Below are positions 60,331 through 64,000 of a stretch of 64,000 nucleotides of DNA, one piece after another (the stretch's first letter is position 1; each line of letters begins with the position of its first letter). The notes below the pieces were generated by a model, which saw only the letters and a program-made list of their open reading frames with translations, did no database searches and was not told where the DNA came from. The stretch spans positions 23,458,015 through 23,522,014 of the forward strand of contig OZ316893.1 of the NCBI GenBank assembly GCA_973895155.1, in the 5' to 3' direction. The position numbers and the translations under genes are program-made. The stretch comes from Marsupella aquatica. Its lineage: Eukaryota > Plantae > Marchantiophyta.

Positions 60331-61726
60331 AAAGGAGCATAGAGATTAATCCCCGTCCTTTCCGTAGTCCATGCTAGGCTACTATCCCAATCAAACTCCA
60401 GCCCAAGTTCGGGTATAGCAATCAAAGCACCCTCGAATGCAACAACAAGAATGTTTCATCGGCCATGATTGAATGTGAGGATCGGAAAGACAAACGCCAC
60501 AAAGATGAGATGGACTTAAAATTTCAACGGCATCGCGAATCTTTAGAGATGAACATGATCAAGCAATGAGAGAAGGTCGAGCTGAACCAGAAACTCGGAG
60601 AGAGCTATGTCACCGCCTTGTGTAGAATTGGGGAAGCTAGGTCTCAAGCAGCTCGGGAAAGCTCTTCAAATGTGCAGCCGACATTTGTGATAGGGTGCAC
60701 TGTTTTCTTCAGACTCGGGTGTAATTTTGAGAGAGCTTTTCTATACTATCGGCTTGCGGTGTACGTAATAACATATGTTGATTCAGATGATATTTGCTTT
60801 CCTCTATATGCTGTTCGGAACCCATCTGTAATGCAGCTCCTTAAGTTGGAATAGAACTTGATGGGAGTTAACTCCACCACTTCCCATCACCTGTCCAGCT
60901 GGCAGGGGAAGAGCAGCAGCGCGCTACAGCTGCGTCCCTAGTTAGTCTCACTTTCAGTAGCAGGAATCGAACCCTCTGGTCAAGAGCAGCAGCTATATAT
61001 CGATCTACCGTCTGTATCACATCTGGTTCTCTGTCAACTATTATTTGGGTCAGGCGCAGCAGAGTATATAAGGAGCTCTTGGCATGCTCATCTTCCTCAT
61101 TATTCATTCTCGAGATCCTCCTTCTTTCTCTCTCGCTTTGTTCAGCAATCGGTTCCTCCACTGCAGTCCTGGTGTTGACAGCTCTCATCAGATCAATTCG
61201 TAAGCTCGCTGCGGTGTTACTTAAATCTTTGCTGGACTTACTCCAATTTCATTCTTGTAATTTTCGACATCTCATTACAATTATTCTCTTTCTTGCAATC
61301 GAATTTTGAATCCATCTTTGGTGCTTCACCACGTTGTAAGCTTCTTGTAGGCTTTGTAGATACAATATTCAACTCAATTCAGTTGTTTTTGGGTTTAGAA
61401 GGAACTGTTTTGCGTCTGTTTTGTAGTGCAGTCGAATACAGACAATTCGTTTTCCTGTGTTATGCAGTCTGGCATTGGCTGTCTAGAAACTAGGAATCTG
61501 CGCCGTTCGTTACACTGTGAACATACATTTGTCACGGTTTTAAAAACCAGTTGTAGGTCCAAACATATGATCGTTATTTAGCTCGCGCCGGAGCTAGTTT
61601 AGGGTTTGCAGAAGAGAAATTTATTAATTATGGCATTTCTTTGTTTTCACTCATGGGGAAGAGGAGGCACCTGATTATGCTGAAAATTCGATGTTTCTTT
61701 CCAGGACCATTATACACGAGTTTGCA

Positions 61727-62800
61727 ATGAACTCTCAAGACATTTCTTCTTTGTGGGAGAAACTTCTTCCTGGCATCCCGGATGACGTTGCTTTGGACGA
61801 GATTGCTACGAAGATCGCAGCGAAAGATGTTGGTACCTTGTCTTTAGTAAGTCCTCGATGGAGACAAGACATTCAGCATCGAGTAGTCTATACTTCGAGA
61901 CTTCGCAGGCGTTCCACAGACACTCACGTAGTCCTTCGAGTGTTGGGTCCTGGTTTCAATGGATTTTGTCTTTACTCCTTGAGCGACCACACTCTGCATC
62001 AGCTTCCTCGAGTCCCAAACCGTCGTCTTTCGTACCAGTTCGTAGCATTGGATGGTAAATTATATGTCTTAGGAGGAGAAAGCTGGTCGATCCAGAGAAA
62101 TCCAGAACATGATGCCAGAAAAGTATTTGTCTTGGATTTGGCTGGACAACAGCTGTGGAAGGAATGTGCAAGTATGCTGCGACCACGACGAGAGTTTGGA
62201 TGTGGTGTCATGGAAGGGAAGATTTATGTATTTGGAGGTAATACTGTAAGCTACGGGCATCATCCAGAAGGCGCATCGGAGGTGTATGATCCGAACCTGG
62301 ACGCTTGGTTCCCGTTACAAAGCAGGCCAACAGGGATAATGAGCGATATCGTTATACCTGTAGGTGAAGAGCTCTTTGTGCAAAGCCCGTTTATATCGTC
62401 ATTTCAAGTTTATCATGCAGGTAAGGATCAGTGGCGAGTCGTGGAGCTGAGAGGCTACGTATTTCAAATGTTCATCTTCCGCGGACAATTTTATACGTTC
62501 AGTTCACATGGCATTGACGTTCACGATAATTTGTCGTGGAGACATCGGTGTTCGATCACATGTGATGAACTTGGACCGGTTGACTCTGTAGGGATTTTCC
62601 CCAAGTTTGTTTTACCCGTGAATAACGAGCTGGTAGTGAACGTGAATTGGACGAACGCAGCGAACAAAACCCAGGGAGATTGTCTCCTTCTGAGTTCCGG
62701 ATTCGGGAGCGAGGGCCAGGACGTGGTGTGGCGGAAAGCACCCGGCCACTCTTTTGAATCTCAGACGTTGAGGCCTTTCATGTGCCTAGTTGAGCTTTGA
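61727..62800 (+). CDS. F-box/kelch-repeat protein (array copy 4)
   Basis: Intact paralog. ATG 61727 chosen by alignment (the ORF is open from 61691). Confidence 0.92.
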   Translation: MNSQDISSLWEKLLPGIPDDVALDEIATKIAAKDVGTLSLVSPRWRQDIQHRVVYTSRLRRRSTDTHVVLRVLGPGFNGFCLYSLSDHTLHQLPRVPNRRLSYQFVALDGKLYVLGGESWSIQRNPEHDARKVFVLDLAGQQLWKECASMLRPRREFGCGVMEGKIYVFGGNTVSYGHHPEGASEVYDPNLDAWFPLQSRPTGIMSDIVIPVGEELFVQSPFISSFQVYHAGKDQWRVVELRGYVFQMFIFRGQFYTFSSHGIDVHDNLSWRHRCSITCDELGPVDSVGIFPKFVLPVNNELVVNVNWTNAANKTQGDCLLLSSGFGSEGQDVVWRKAPGHSFESQTLRPFMCLVEL

Positions 62801-64000
62801 GTACGTATTTGACTCCAGTTTTATGATCATTGTTGTACATAGGAGGCTTTGATCGCCAAAGTTACTGATCACTCTATCGTAGTTTAGATCTGGTTTTGGT
62901 TAGCGTAATTAAGTAGTATGGGTCCGGAAACCAGGGAGTACATCCAAGCGATCTGAGATCTCACAATAATCGGGCGTGAATTCTTGTACAACCAAATTAA
63001 GGGTGCATAGCTACTGTTAAAATCGAATAAACCCCTTGAATTGCAGTCCTGTGGTAAATAAGAGACAGGAATGTCTGAAACACCGGATCGAGAGCCTCGA
63101 GCTGAGCATCTGCATTGTTCGCTGTATTGTGATTTTGTATTAGCTAGTTTAACTGTCACCACCCGTATACGTAGTGTCTTACAAGCCAAGGTGAGGATCG
63201 GAAAGACAAACGCTGCGAAGATGGAGGACTTGAATTTGCGACGGCGTAGTGAAAAACTTAGAGATGAACATGATTAAGCAGCACAGAGACACGCTGGAGC
63301 TGAACTAGACGTTCGGAGAGACCTATGTCAACGCCTTGCGTGTCTCGAGCAGCTCGATCGGGAATGCTCTTCAAAAGTTTGGACTAAATTTGTGATAGGG
63401 TCGATATAGTTACTTCAAACTTTCGTGGACAGTTGAGAGAGTTTTTTGATACTATCGGCTTGGTCGCCCGCCTGGCAGATGCAAAGAATAATCGTTCAGT
63501 TACGAGGATATCGTATGTAATGTAGCTGAAGACTCAAGTTGTGTACCGTTCCATCGTACTAACATACTTTGAATCGAAGGTGGAGCTAGAACAGCCTGAC
63601 ACAGTATGATATATGTGCAATTGTTTTTGTGTATATATTGAGTGCAATCTCTCGGTCACTACATAATATCTAAACCCGTCGTCTGTGATGCTGCCCATCG
63701 TAGTGCCGATAAGGAGAATCCGCATAAAAATCCATGGAAGCAGACTAGATGTACTTTTCATGCTTTGACAAAGTTCTGGATACTGCTTTTCATGTCTACT
63801 GCCTTAAAACCTAAATAAAAGAACGTAGTGAACGGCCTAAAGGGTATTGTCAACTTTGTATCTAACTTCAGAGTAAGAATCTTAAATACCTGCTACATAT
63901 TGTTGCGTGAAGCCTTGACTCATCAAGTTAATACAAAAGTGTCAGGAATGCAGTCAATCAGAATTGATTGGAAGATGACGATTAATTCTGGGCTGTCCCA

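Overview
Eukaryotic, intron-containing plant DNA, probably from a non-seed plant such as a bryophyte (inferred from gene and TE families). The backbone is a tandem array of F-box/kelch genes: three intact copies, one pseudogene, and the tail of an upstream copy. About 46 kb of nested transposons split the array. Nest 1 is a 24.7-kb Mutator-like element (5084-29792; ~290-bp TIRs; 8-bp TSD TACGAACT) with a transposase, an RPA70-C-like OB-fold ORF and a C2H2-like zinc-finger gene. A CACTA element (8887-24499, TSD TAT) interrupts the zinc-finger gene and is itself interrupted by a young Bianca-type Ty1/copia (18336-24209, identical LTRs, TSD AATCC). Nest 2 is an old copia remnant interrupted by a decayed Ty3/gypsy (~32054-50276) that carries four later insertions. 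The main finding is transposon-borne chromatin modules. (i) The CACTA has an intact SET-domain exon inside its transposase gene; the shared first exon can splice in frame to either the SET exon or the transposase exon. (ii) The gypsy pol has a DNMT3-like cytosine methyltransferase between protease and RT, and a PHD finger after the integrase. All domain calls were made by eye from motifs; no searches were run.
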